A stretch of 64,000 nt of DNA from an uncultured Acidobacteriota bacterium. Lineage in GTDB: Bacteria; Acidobacteriota; Thermoanaerobaculia; Thermoanaerobaculales; Sulfomarinibacteraceae. Shown here piece after piece: positions 19,217-30,716 of this stretch. Both the position numbers and the translations under genes were made by a program. The stretch covers positions 32,319 to 96,318 of the forward strand of contig CAVSIS010000053.1 in the NCBI GenBank assembly GCA_963727925.1, given 5' to 3'. Position 1 is the stretch's first letter; the number at the start of each line of letters is the position of its first letter. The notes beneath the pieces are model-generated. The model did not search any database. It was not told the origin of the DNA and saw nothing but the letters and a program-made list of their open reading frames with translations.

Positions 19217-19660
19217 CTACTCCGTGCTTGCCGCCTGCTCGCCCTCGACCGCAGCCTTGAGGGTGTGCCAGGCGAGGGTCGCGCATTTGACCCGCACCGG
19301 GTACTCGCGCACCCCCTCGAAGACCCTGAGCTTGCCGAGCTCGAGACCCTGCTCCTCGGCGACGCCGGTGAGCATGTGGTGGAAGCCTTCGAACAGCTGC
19401 ATGGCCTCTTCGATGGTCTTGCCCTTGACGGACTCGGTCATCAGCGACGACGAGGCGGTGCAGATGGCGCAGCCGTGGCCCTGGAACGAGACCTCCTGGA
19501 TGATCCCGTCCTCGATCCGCAGGTAGACACGGACGGTGTCGCCGCACAGCGGGTTGTGACCGTCGGCGGAGCGGTTCGGGCAGTCGAGGGCGTAGCAGTT
19601 CCGGGGCCGCCGGTTGTGGTCGAGGATGACCTCCTGATAGAGATCGCGCAGCTCTGACAT
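19217..19660 (-). CDS. sufU: SufU/IscU-type Fe-S scaffold/sulfur-transfer protein
   Basis: LYQEVILDH, NPLCGD, GCAIC, RVKCATL. Confidence 0.93.
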   Translation of the reverse strand: MSELRDLYQEVILDHNRRPRNCYALDCPNRSADGHNPLCGDTVRVYLRIEDGIIQEVSFQGHGCAICTASSSLMTESVKGKTIEEAMQLFEGFHHMLTGVAEEQGLELGKLRVFEGVREYPVRVKCATLAWHTLKAAVEGEQAASTE

Positions 19661-20913
19661 CAGGCGAAGACCTCCCGCACGCGGCGAAGGCCGCGTGCCA
19701 GCGCGGCGACCTCGTCGGACGTGTTGTACAGACCGAACGAGGCGCGCACGGTCGCGGAGATGTTGTAGCGCATCATCACCGGCTGGGCGCAGTGGTGACC
19801 GGCGCGGACCGCGATGCCCTCGGTGTCGAGGATGGTGCCGACGTCGTGGGGGTGGATGCCGTCCATCACGAACGACAGCGCACCGGAGCGGCGGCGGGCC
19901 TGGCCGATCAGGCGCACGCCGGGCACCTCGAGCACGGCTGCGGTGGCCTCCTCGAGCAGGCGGTGCTCGTGGGCCGCGATCGCCTCGAGGCCGACCGCGT
20001 CGACGTACTTCAGCGCGGCGGCGAGGCCGATCGCGCCCGCGATGTTGGGCGTTCCGGCCTCGAAGCGGTGGGGCGGCTCGGCGAAGGTCGTCTTCTCGAA
20101 GGTCACCGACAGGATCATGTCGCCGCCGCCCTGGTAGGGGATCATCTCGAGGAGGTGGCTGCGCTTCCCCCACAGGGCGCCGATCCCGGTCGGAGCGTAG
20201 ACCTTGTGGCCGGAGAAGGCGTAGAAGTCGCAGCCGAGCTCGAGCACGTCGACCCTCATGTGAGGCAGCGCCTGGGCGCCGTCGACCAGCACCGGCACGC
20301 CGTGGGCGTGAGCCATCCGCACGATTTCGGCGATCGGGTTGACGGTGCCGAGGGCGTTGGAGACGTGGACCACGGAGAGGATCTTCGTCCGCTCGCCGAG
20401 CAGCCGCTCGAGCTCGTCGAGGATCAGCTCGCCGCGGTCGTCAATCGGCGCCACCTTGAGCGCGGCGCCGGTGCGCTCGGCGAGGAGCTGCCACGGCACG
20501 ATGTTGGAGTGGTGCTCCATCGCGGTGATCAGGATCTCGTCACCGGGTGTCAGGCGGGGTCCGACGAAGGAGTGGGCGACCAGGTTGATCGACTCGGTGG
20601 TGCCGCGGGTGAAGACGATCTCGCGGCTGTCCTTGGCGCCGAGGTGGGCTTTCACCGCCGTACGGGCGTTCTCGTAGGCGACCGTCGCTCGCTGAGAGAG
20701 CGAGTGGACGCCGCGGTGCACGTTGGCGCAGTCGCGCTCGTAGAACGAGCTCACGGCGTCGATCACAACCCGCGGCTTCTGGGTCGTCGCGGCGTTGTCG
20801 AGGTAGACCAGCGGCTTGCCCCTGACCTCCTGGTGGAGGGCCGGGAAGTCGGCTCGCACCCGTTCGAGATCGAGCACGGCCTCGGCCGGGGTGGTGACCG
20901 GTTGCGTGGCCAT
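19660..20913 (-). CDS. sufS: Cysteine desulfurase SufS
   Basis: YLDNAATTQKP, EHHSNIVPW, FSGHK, RAGHHCA. Confidence 0.95.
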   Translation of the reverse strand: MATQPVTTPAEAVLDLERVRADFPALHQEVRGKPLVYLDNAATTQKPRVVIDAVSSFYERDCANVHRGVHSLSQRATVAYENARTAVKAHLGAKDSREIVFTRGTTESINLVAHSFVGPRLTPGDEILITAMEHHSNIVPWQLLAERTGAALKVAPIDDRGELILDELERLLGERTKILSVVHVSNALGTVNPIAEIVRMAHAHGVPVLVDGAQALPHMRVDVLELGCDFYAFSGHKVYAPTGIGALWGKRSHLLEMIPYQGGGDMILSVTFEKTTFAEPPHRFEAGTPNIAGAIGLAAALKYVDAVGLEAIAAHEHRLLEEATAAVLEVPGVRLIGQARRRSGALSFVMDGIHPHDVGTILDTEGIAVRAGHHCAQPVMMRYNISATVRASFGLYNTSDEVAALARGLRRVREVFA

Positions 20914-22247
20914 CAGAACGCCTCGCGGACGAGCTCGCCCTGGGGCAGCCTCTCGATCAGGAACTCCTCGAGCACGCGGCGGACCGGTTCGACCTTGACT
21001 CTCCCGACGATGTCGCTGGCAAAGGCCCAGGTGAGCAGGCTCTCGGCGGCGGCGCGGTCGAGCCCGCGCGAGCGAAGGTAGAAGACCGCGTCCTCGTCGA
21101 GACGGCCGATGGTGGAGCCGTGGGTGCACTTGACGTCGTCGGCGAAGATCTCGAGCTGCGGGTTCGAGTTGGCGAGTGCGGTCGGCGACAGGAGGAGGTT
21201 GCGGTTGGTCTGCTTGGCGTCGGTCTTCTGCGCGCCCGGGTCGACCACGATGCGGCCGGTGAACACGCCGTGGGCGCCGCCGTCGAGGATCCCCTTGTAG
21301 AGCTCGTGACTGGTGCAGTGGGGGACCGCGTGGCGGACCCGCATCGAGGTGTCGACGTGCTGGGTGCCGTCGACCACATAGAGTCCGTTGAGGACGCAGT
21401 CGGCGCCCTCGCCGAGCAGCTCGGCGCCGACGTCGGTCCGGGCGAGCCCGGCGCCGAGGGTCACGGCATGGGATGAGAACGAGCTCGCCCGTCCCTGGCG
21501 CACGGCCTGGACGGCGACGTGGGAGGCTTGGCGCGACTCCTCCTGTATCCGGTAGTGGTCGACGATCGCGCCGTCGGCGAGGATGATCTCGGTCACTGGT
21601 GCGGTCAGCGCCCGGCCGGCGGTGCCGAGGTAGGACTCGACCACCGTCGCCTGGCTGGACTCGCCCGCCACCACGAGCACGCGTGGAAAGGCAGCGACTA
21701 GGTGGTCGTTCGGCGAGGTCACGAAGACGAGGTGAATCGGGGCCTCGACCACCGCGCCTCGCGGGAGCACGACGGCAGCGCCGTCGACGAAACCGGCGGC
21801 GTTGAGCGCGCCGATCGGCGAGGTCTCCGGGGCGGCGAGTGCCCCGAGGTGGCTGCGGACCAGCTCGGGCCGCTCCGCCGCGAGGCTCGCGAGGCTGGTC
21901 ACGATCACCCCTGAGGGCAGCCCGTTGGACGAGCCGAGCTCGGAGACCAGCCTCCCGTTGACGAACACCAGCCGATGGGCCGGCTCGAAGCTCCGCGCGG
22001 CGACCGCGGCGCGCGTCGCACCGTCCACCATCGGACCGGCCGTGGTCCACTCGGTGGTCACGACCGGACGCAGGTTGGTGAAGCGCCAGTCCTCGTGGCG
22101 CGGCGTCGGGAGCCCGTTGGCGGCGTAGGCCTCGAGGCCGCGACGGCGCAGCGCGCCGAGCACCATCGGCTCCCCCGAGCGGGTGCCGGCGAGCGACGCG
22201 ACGAGACGGTCGAGTCCGGCCTGACGGGCGACGGCGACGTCCTTCAC
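20913..22247 (-). CDS. sufD: Fe-S cluster assembly protein SufD
   Basis: EDWRFT, PQLEIFADDVKCTHG, FYLRSRG. Confidence 0.93.
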   Translation of the reverse strand: MKDVAVARQAGLDRLVASLAGTRSGEPMVLGALRRRGLEAYAANGLPTPRHEDWRFTNLRPVVTTEWTTAGPMVDGATRAAVAARSFEPAHRLVFVNGRLVSELGSSNGLPSGVIVTSLASLAAERPELVRSHLGALAAPETSPIGALNAAGFVDGAAVVLPRGAVVEAPIHLVFVTSPNDHLVAAFPRVLVVAGESSQATVVESYLGTAGRALTAPVTEIILADGAIVDHYRIQEESRQASHVAVQAVRQGRASSFSSHAVTLGAGLARTDVGAELLGEGADCVLNGLYVVDGTQHVDTSMRVRHAVPHCTSHELYKGILDGGAHGVFTGRIVVDPGAQKTDAKQTNRNLLLSPTALANSNPQLEIFADDVKCTHGSTIGRLDEDAVFYLRSRGLDRAAAESLLTWAFASDIVGRVKVEPVRRVLEEFLIERLPQGELVREAF

Positions 22248-22257
22248 GGCCGCCCCC

Positions 22258-24485
<2,228 letters not shown>

Positions 24486-24537
24486 GCTCTCTCCTCGTTC
24501 CATTCGTTCCTTTTCGGCGGGTCGCACGGGTCGGACC

Positions 24538-25008
24538 TCAGCCTTCGGCGCCACCAGCCACCGGCAGGGTGGCCAGGTGCGGGGATACCGCCGTCGGGCG
24601 GTCGCCCCGCAGCAGGTCGGCGACCGTGATCTGGGACAGAAACTGACTCACAACTGCGGTCAGCCCACGCCACACCGGACGCAGGCCGCACCCGCTCGAG
24701 CGCACGCACGGCAGGCCCTCGGGGCCGTATCGTTCGCAGAAGCCGCGGTCGTAGAGCGGCGCGTCGAAGGCAGCGACGATGCCGGCGAGGGTCAGCTCGT
24801 CGGGTGCGACGGCCAGGCAATAGCCGCCGTTGCGGCCCCGCTCGGCGTCGACGACACCCGCGCGCCGTAGCTCGGCGATGACCTTGGCCACTGTGGGCTC
24901 GGGCAGACGCTCGGACTTGGCGATCTCGCGTACGGTGAGCTGTCGGCCGCTCGTGGCCAGCCGCATCACCAGGCGAACCCCGTACTCCTCGGCTTTGGTG
25001 ACCCGCAC
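24538..25008 (-). CDS. Rrf2-family regulator of the suf operon (three Cys, probable Fe-S sensor)
   Basis: RGRNGGY wing, C-x9-C-x5-C, first gene of the suf operon. Confidence 0.88.
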   Translation of the reverse strand: MRVTKAEEYGVRLVMRLATSGRQLTVREIAKSERLPEPTVAKVIAELRRAGVVDAERGRNGGYCLAVAPDELTLAGIVAAFDAPLYDRGFCERYGPEGLPCVRSSGCGLRPVWRGLTAVVSQFLSQITVADLLRGDRPTAVSPHLATLPVAGGAEG

Positions 25009-25035
25009 GTCGCGCCTCCGTGGAGTGGAACGACA

Positions 25036-25060
25036 AAACCTGAAACAGAATTCCAGATTT
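25036..25060. promoter_or_regulatory. Probable Rrf2 operator (10-5-10 imperfect palindrome)
   Basis: AAACCTGAAA-CAGAA-TTCCAGATTT, AT-rich, just upstream of the Rrf2 gene. Confidence 0.5.
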
Positions 25061-25117
25061 CTGTGGCGCGGCGAGGGCAATCACACTTGACCCTTGAAGT
25101 ATCTACAGAGATTGCGC

Positions 25118-25861
25118 TTAGACCTCTCGTCCCGACGCGGCGAAGAGGGTCGCCATCCGCGCGGGATCGTCGGTCATGATCCCGGTCGCGCCGCGGGCGA
25201 GCAGCTTCCGGGCGACTTCCGGGTCGTTGACCGTCCAGTAGTCGACCCGCAGGCCGAGTCGACGGCACCGAGCGATGAAGCGCTGATCGTCGAGGCGGAT
25301 CGCTCCGCTCGCGCGCGGCACCTGGGCGGCGTGGCCTCGGACAACGATGCGAGCGACTCCGGCGGGCAGGAAGCGCAGCGCCGCCACCTCGAGCTGCCCG
25401 AGCGCGGTCCTCCCCGGCCAGCCGAGGTGGCGCACCGCCGCCAGTACGCGCGGATGGAAGCTTGCCAGGGTGACGCGGTGCTCGGCCCCGAGGTGTTCGA
25501 GCAGATCAACGACGGAGCGCACGAGCGAGGGATCGGCCGGCTTGAGGTCGACGCTCAGCGGGACCCCGGGGAAAGTGCCGAGGAGCGCCTCGAGGGTCGG
25601 GATCCTCAAGCCGCGGCCGGCATCCCAGCGCTCGACCTCGGCGAGGTCGATGTCGGCGATGCGCTCCGGACGGCCCGCCATGCGGCGGCCGTCGGGGTCG
25701 TGGCACACGACCCAATGTCCGTCGCGGGTGCGGTGGACGTCGGTTTCGAGGGCATTGGCGCCGTCGGCGAGAGCCTGCCGGAACGCCTCGAGAGTGTTCT
25801 CGGGCAGTGCGGCGGAGCTACCGCGGTGGGCATAGAGGCGGAGCTCGTGCTCGCGGGCCAT
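25118..25861 (-). CDS. Glycerophosphodiester phosphodiesterase family protein
   Basis: AHRG, PENT, ETDV..TRDG..VVCHD, WTVND, TDDP. Confidence 0.92.
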   Translation of the reverse strand: MAREHELRLYAHRGSSAALPENTLEAFRQALADGANALETDVHRTRDGHWVVCHDPDGRRMAGRPERIADIDLAEVERWDAGRGLRIPTLEALLGTFPGVPLSVDLKPADPSLVRSVVDLLEHLGAEHRVTLASFHPRVLAAVRHLGWPGRTALGQLEVAALRFLPAGVARIVVRGHAAQVPRASGAIRLDDQRFIARCRRLGLRVDYWTVNDPEVARKLLARGATGIMTDDPARMATLFAASGREV

Positions 25862-25880
25862 GGGTGCATCGTACGACGTC

Positions 25881-26186
25881 GGAGGTGAGGAGGTGAGGAG
25901 GTAAGAGGGCGAGGAGGTGAGGGGTAGGGGCGGAGCTTGGAGGCTGTCTCACAACTCGTGACGGTGTGCCTTCTCCCGGCTTCACGATGCGCGACTTCCA
26001 GCGTTTTCGATTGAACCGCGAAGGCCGCGAAGAGCGCAAAGATCACAGAGAAGAGCATTCAAACAAGATACTTAGCGCTCTTCGCGTCTTTGCGGTTCAC
26101 ATTCTCGCGCGCGTCCGAACAGGCTCTCTCGGGCTCGGAGCAGGAGATCTGCCCGGTTTTCGAGACGGCCTCCTTGTCTCCGCCCG
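25881..26186 (+). repeat. Octamer tandem (GGAGGTGA)n followed by a GTAG-type REP interrupted by a MITE
   Basis: GTAGGGGCGGAGCTTG|insert|CTTGTCTCCGCCCG. Confidence 0.8.
25940..26172. mobile_element. MITE copy A (233 bp), TIR GAGGCTGTCTC, 4-bp target duplication CTTG
   Basis: TIRs at 25940 and 26172, CTTG at 25936-39 and 26173-76, internal palindrome 26012-26099. Confidence 0.8.
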
Positions 26187-26231
26187 TGATGGCACCGTCA
26201 AAGGTCGAGCCCTCGTAGGGGAGGAGACAGA

Positions 26232-26411
26232 GGGGCTGTCTCACGATACGCACTGGCATGCGTTCGCCGGCTCAGGGGGCGCGATTTCCAGCGTCTTGGA
26301 TGGAACCACAAAGGCCGCGAAGAACGCGAGGATCGCAGCAGAGAGTAATCACAATAAAATACTCAGCGATCTTCGCGGTCTTTGCGGTTCAGATTCTCGC
26401 GCGCGCCCGAG
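26232..26411. mobile_element. Degenerate or truncated copy of the same MITE
   Basis: GGGGCTGTCTCAC left end, then gcgcgatttccagcg, GAACCACAAAGGCCGCGAAG...CTTCGCGGTCTTTGCGGTTC, attctcgcgcgcg, as in copy A. Confidence 0.65.
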
Positions 26412-26498
26412 CGAAACTCGGGCGCAGCCGTGACGTGCACCACACGCGGCACGAAAGCTCCCGACGCCCGCGGTGGTTGTTTCCGTTGGAGGACCACC

Positions 26499-28325
26499 AT
26501 GCGACGCCCAGTGCTCTTCTCGAGTGTGGCCCTGCTGTCGACGATCGCCGCGGCTGTGGTGTGCACCGCCGCCGAGTGGCCGGAGATCGTGCTCGAGAGA
26601 CGGCTCGACGGCTTCGACAAGCCGCTCCAGGTGACCCATGCCGGCGACGGCTCGGGGAGGATCTTCGTCGTCGAGCAGGGCGGAAGGGTGTGGACGGTCC
26701 GCGACGGGATCCGGCAACCGACGCCCTTCCTCGACCTCTCGGACCGCGTGTCCTGCTGCGGTGAGCGCGGCCTGCTCAGCATCGCCTTTCCGCCGAGCTT
26801 CGCCGTCGACGGCTGGTTCGTCGCCGACTACACCGACCGCAGCGGCGACACCGTGCTTGCCCGCTATCGCTTCACCGGCGACCCCGAAAGGGCCGACCCG
26901 GCGAGCGAGCAGGTGCTGCTGCGGATCGCGCAGCCCTTCTCCAATCACAACGGTGGCCAGCTCGCGTTCGGGCCCGACGGTTACCTCTACGTGGGGACCG
27001 GTGACGGCGGCTCGGCGGGCGACCCCGGAAACCGCGCCCAGAACTCCGGCGTGCTGCTCGGCAAGCTGCTCCGGCTCGACGTCTCGCCCGAGCACGTGCC
27101 CTACGCCAATCCGCCGTCGAATCCGTTCTACGGCAGCGCGAGTGACCGGCCCGAAATCTGGGTGCTGGGTCTGCGCAACCCGTGGCGCTTCTCCTTCGAC
27201 CGCTCAACCGGGGACCTGTGGATCGGCGATGTCGGGCAGGGCGCGTGGGAGGAAATCGACCGCCAGCCGGCCGGGTCGGTGGGCGGCGAGAACTACGGCT
27301 GGAACGTCCTGGAGGGTTCACACTGCTACAGCGCGCCGAGCTGCGACGGCTCGGCGTTCGTGCTGCCGGTCGCGGAGTACGACCACGGTCAGGGGTGCTC
27401 GGTGACCGGCGGCTTCGTGGTCCGAGACCCGGCCCTGCCCCGGTTCGACGGCATCTACCTCTACGGCGACTACTGTAGCGGCCGCCTGTGGGGCCTGCAG
27501 CGTGCGGCGGGTGGTTGGGAGTCGTCGGTGCTGTCCGAGACCGGCCTCACCCTCTCGAGCTTCGGCGAAGACGAGCGCGGCACGGTCTACGTCGTCGACT
27601 ACAGCGGCGGTGCGATCTACGCCGTCGCCGATGCAGCGGGACCGACGCCGGTCATGACCGTGGTGCCCGCCGTCGCCCACCTTTCCGGTGCCGGCGGAAC
27701 TCCGTGGCGCACCACGGTCTCTGTGGTCAATCGCTCGGGCGCGTCGACCGAGCTGGTGCTCGGCTTCCTCGGCGACGTCCCGCTCGGCGACGCCACTGTC
27801 GAGCTCGGTCCCGGCGAGTCCCGGGTGTGGCGCGACGTCCTGGTGGACGCGCTCGGGCTCGATTCGGGAGCGAGCGCATCCGGTGTCCTGGTACTGCGCG
27901 CGGACGTCCGGCTCGCCGCCACCGCGCGGACCTTCGCCGAAGGCGCCGCGGGGACGTACGGCCAGCAGCTTCCAGCGCTCGGCGCTGACGACGGTTTCGG
28001 GCCTGGCGACGCCGGGGTGGTTCCGCTCGTGGTGCGCACCGAGACCGCTTACAGCAACCTGGGCGCCGTCAACCTGGGCTCGGCAGCGTGCCGGGTGCTC
28101 GTCCAGCCGCGGCGCCAGGACGGGACCGCGGCGGGCGGCCCGATCGAGCTCAACCTGGCGCCGGGAGAGTGGCGGCAGCTCTTCGACCCGCTTGCGGCGC
28201 TGCACCCGTTCGAGGGGTGGGCCGAGGTCGCGACGGCGACGCCGGGGTGCCGGGCCTGGGCGTACGCCTCGGTGATCGACTCCGGCACGCGCGATCCGAC
28301 CACGGTGGGAGTGGTGAGGAGGTGA
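26499..28325 (+). CDS. Secreted PQQ-dependent soluble sugar dehydrogenase (GSDH/YliI-like) with extra C-terminal beta domain
   Basis: Signal peptide, ERGLLSIAF, NHNGGQLAFGPDG, GLRNPWRFSFD, DVGQ...EEID. Confidence 0.9.
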   Translation: MRRPVLFSSVALLSTIAAAVVCTAAEWPEIVLERRLDGFDKPLQVTHAGDGSGRIFVVEQGGRVWTVRDGIRQPTPFLDLSDRVSCCGERGLLSIAFPPSFAVDGWFVADYTDRSGDTVLARYRFTGDPERADPASEQVLLRIAQPFSNHNGGQLAFGPDGYLYVGTGDGGSAGDPGNRAQNSGVLLGKLLRLDVSPEHVPYANPPSNPFYGSASDRPEIWVLGLRNPWRFSFDRSTGDLWIGDVGQGAWEEIDRQPAGSVGGENYGWNVLEGSHCYSAPSCDGSAFVLPVAEYDHGQGCSVTGGFVVRDPALPRFDGIYLYGDYCSGRLWGLQRAAGGWESSVLSETGLTLSSFGEDERGTVYVVDYSGGAIYAVADAAGPTPVMTVVPAVAHLSGAGGTPWRTTVSVVNRSGASTELVLGFLGDVPLGDATVELGPGESRVWRDVLVDALGLDSGASASGVLVLRADVRLAATARTFAEGAAGTYGQQLPALGADDGFGPGDAGVVPLVVRTETAYSNLGAVNLGSAACRVLVQPRRQDGTAAGGPIELNLAPGEWRQLFDPLAALHPFEGWAEVATATPGCRAWAYASVIDSGTRDPTTVGVVRR

Positions 28326-28477
28326 GACGCGAGACGCAAGACGCTAGAGGCACGACGTAAGGGCGGAGCTTGTCTCCGCCCGTGGTCCAGCCGCTCGGCC
28401 AGTTGCAGCGGGCGGTGACGGCGGGCAGGCAGTAGCCCGCGGGCCGGCGAGCGGGAGGAGACAAGCTCCTCCCCTAC
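28322..28477 (+). repeat. Heptamer tandem plus inverted REP doublet
   Basis: (GyrAGAC)n, then GTAAGGGCGGAGCTTGTCTCCGCCC (28357) and GGGAGGAGACAAGCTCCTCCCCTAC (28453-28477). Confidence 0.8.
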
Positions 28478-28903
28478 GAGACGAGGCGTGGTGACCGGCC
28501 ATGTCCGCTCCGGCATCGGAACCGCCGCTGGAACGACCCGCCCTAGCTCTCTCTTCTCTCCACCCCTGTCAGAGGCGCGTTTGGAGGAGCGCCGGAGGCG
28601 GTCCCCGGCGCGGCTCTGTGAGGGCGGCTGGGCGGGGGGTGGCGGGGCGGGATCGAATCGCGACTCGCAGTCCTCCTGCGCAAGAACGTTGGCATCGGGC
28701 CTCACGCGCGATGCGGGGCCCCGGCGGCCTGCGTCTGCAGGCCGGAGCGGGGCGCGGAGCCGGAGGGACGAACAGCTTGTGCTCGTCCCTCCGGCTCCGT
28801 GACACGCGGGGATCGCGGCTCCAGCCGCGATCCCGGGGCCCGCTACAGCTATCCCGGACATCGAGTTCGCCGCTGGCATATGCTCTTCGGTAAGGAGGCT
28901 GCC

Positions 28904-29659
28904 ATGCGTGCGCACCTTTCCCGATGGGTCTGCCTCGACCCCGAGTCGAACCTGTCGAGGTTCCGCGACGAGACCGCGGCGGCGGTCGCCGGCGGCGCCG
29001 AGATTGTGGTCTTCCCAGAGCTGTTCCTGACCGGCTACGGCCGGTCACTCGACCCTGAGCGTGCGTGGGCGGCCTTCGCCGAGGCCTCGCGCGCCGCCGG
29101 CGATGCGCTCCTGGTGTGCGGCTCGGTGAGCGTCGGGCGCGCGAACCGCCTCACCGCGTGGTGCGCCGGCGAGCGCCTCGCCGCGTACGACAAGATCCAT
29201 CTTTTCCGGCCTAACGGAGAGCACGAGCGCTGGGACCCGGGCGACCGTTACGTCGCGTTCACCTGGTGCGGGCTGACGATCGGACTGATGAACTGCAACG
29301 ACGTCCGCTTCCCCGAGCAGGCCCGTGCGCTCCGGCTGGGCGCCGGTGCCGAGATGCTGATCGCCCCCGCGTGGTGGCCGTGGCGGCGCGACCACGTGTG
29401 GCGGACGCTGCTCGCCGCCCGCGCGATCGAGAACTCGGTCTGGGTGCTGGGCTGCGCGATCGAGGCCTCGGTCGCACCCGGCGAGGAGTTTGCCGGGGCC
29501 GGCAACCACGTGTTCGACCCCGGCGGCGAGCCGGTGCGGACCGCCGACGATCGGATCTGGGAGCTCGACCTCGCGGGCGCCGCTCATCCGGTGGTTGACA
29601 CCGCCGCCCAGTTCCTCGACATCGCCACCGTCGAGCTCGACGGGGGGCAGGTTCGCTAG
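28904..29659 (+). CDS. Carbon-nitrogen hydrolase (nitrilase/omega-amidase family)
   Basis: Catalytic E (VFPE), K (YDKIHL), C (NCNDVRFPE), and ARAIEN. Confidence 0.88.
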   Translation: MRAHLSRWVCLDPESNLSRFRDETAAAVAGGAEIVVFPELFLTGYGRSLDPERAWAAFAEASRAAGDALLVCGSVSVGRANRLTAWCAGERLAAYDKIHLFRPNGEHERWDPGDRYVAFTWCGLTIGLMNCNDVRFPEQARALRLGAGAEMLIAPAWWPWRRDHVWRTLLAARAIENSVWVLGCAIEASVAPGEEFAGAGNHVFDPGGEPVRTADDRIWELDLAGAAHPVVDTAAQFLDIATVELDGGQVR

Positions 29660-29838
29660 CCTGCATTTCTCACGAGGTCACGTCGCGAGGGGGTCGAGAT
29701 GCGTGCCAGCGCTGAGTCATTGAGCGGCGAGGCGCCGAGTCGTATGGGTACATACGTCGCAGGCGTCGAGTTGCGAAAGGACCGGCGATGGCTGGCAGAT
29801 CGGCGCCCGGAGTAGGGAGCTGGTGAGAAGTGCAGGCT
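29658..29838. mobile_element. Second MITE family (~181 bp) at a TAG stop codon
   Basis: TIRs AGCCTGCATTTCTCACGAG and CTGGTGAGAAGTGCAGGCT (17/19 match). Confidence 0.65.
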
Positions 29839-29845
29839 GGGCCTG

Positions 29846-29879
29846 AAAAGAAACCGGCGCGCCCACGGGGGCGCGCCGG
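29846..29879 (-). terminator. Rho-independent terminator of the fasciclin gene
   Basis: CCGGCGCGCCC-loop-GGGCGCGCCGG followed by TTTCTTTT on the minus strand. Confidence 0.8.
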
Positions 29880-29909
29880 ATCAGGCGGGTGTCAGTCCGG
29901 CCGGCAGGG

Positions 29910-30440
29910 TCAGCCGCGCGGAAGAATCACGGTGTCGATCACGTGGATCACGCCGTTTGAGCTCTCGATGTCGGTGGCGACGACCTTTGCGCCGTCGACC
30001 ATCACGGAGCCGTTCTCGGTGCGGATCTGCACGTCGGAGCCCTGGACGGTCTTCGCCGACGTGAGTTTCACGACGTCGCCGGAGTACACCTTTCCTGCCA
30101 CGACGTGGTAGAGCAGGATCGAACGGAGCTTGTCGGGGTTGGCGAGGAGCGCCTCGACGGTGCCAGCCGGGAGCTTGGCGAACGCGGCGTCGGTCGGGGC
30201 GAACACCGTGAACGGTCCGCCGTTGGCGAGGGTGTCCGCGAGGCCGGCGGCCTGCACCGCGGCGACGAGGGTCGTGAACTGGCCGGCGGCGACGGCGGTG
30301 TCGACCAGGTTCGCCGGTGCGGTCATGGTGTTGGACGCGTGGGACGCCTTGGTTCCGCTCGCACAGTCGCCTGCGACTGCGGGAACGGCGGCCAGCGCGG
30401 TGATGGCGAGAACGGCGATCGAAAGCTTCACACTCTTCAT
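29910..30440 (-). CDS. Secreted fasciclin (FAS1) domain protein
   Basis: [28 protein letters not shown], signal peptide. Confidence 0.95.
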   Translation of the reverse strand: MKSVKLSIAVLAITALAAVPAVAGDCASGTKASHASNTMTAPANLVDTAVAAGQFTTLVAAVQAAGLADTLANGGPFTVFAPTDAAFAKLPAGTVEALLANPDKLRSILLYHVVAGKVYSGDVVKLTSAKTVQGSDVQIRTENGSVMVDGAKVVATDIESSNGVIHVIDTVILPRG

Positions 30441-30716
30441 GAGGTACCTCCAGGTGTTTCCGGTCTCCGACCGGGTTCGGCTCGAGCAACATCGAGTATT
30501 TGTCGAGTATTTCGATAGGAGTGAATTTGACGGAGGATAATTCAGAAACTACTGCAATCGTTGTAGATTTGTTTCTGTTGAAATGCTATCTGGCTTTGCC
30601 GTGTATAAATATATCTAGATAATATGTTGTCTACACCGATCGCACCGCAGATCGGTGTCCGAAGCAGGGAAGGGTCGAAATATGCGGGCTAGAATACGCG
30701 GACCACAGGGAGGACG

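Noticed and set aside
28488-28893. Small ORFs in the hairpin-rich spacer
   Set aside because: No SD, codon bias or recognisable motifs.
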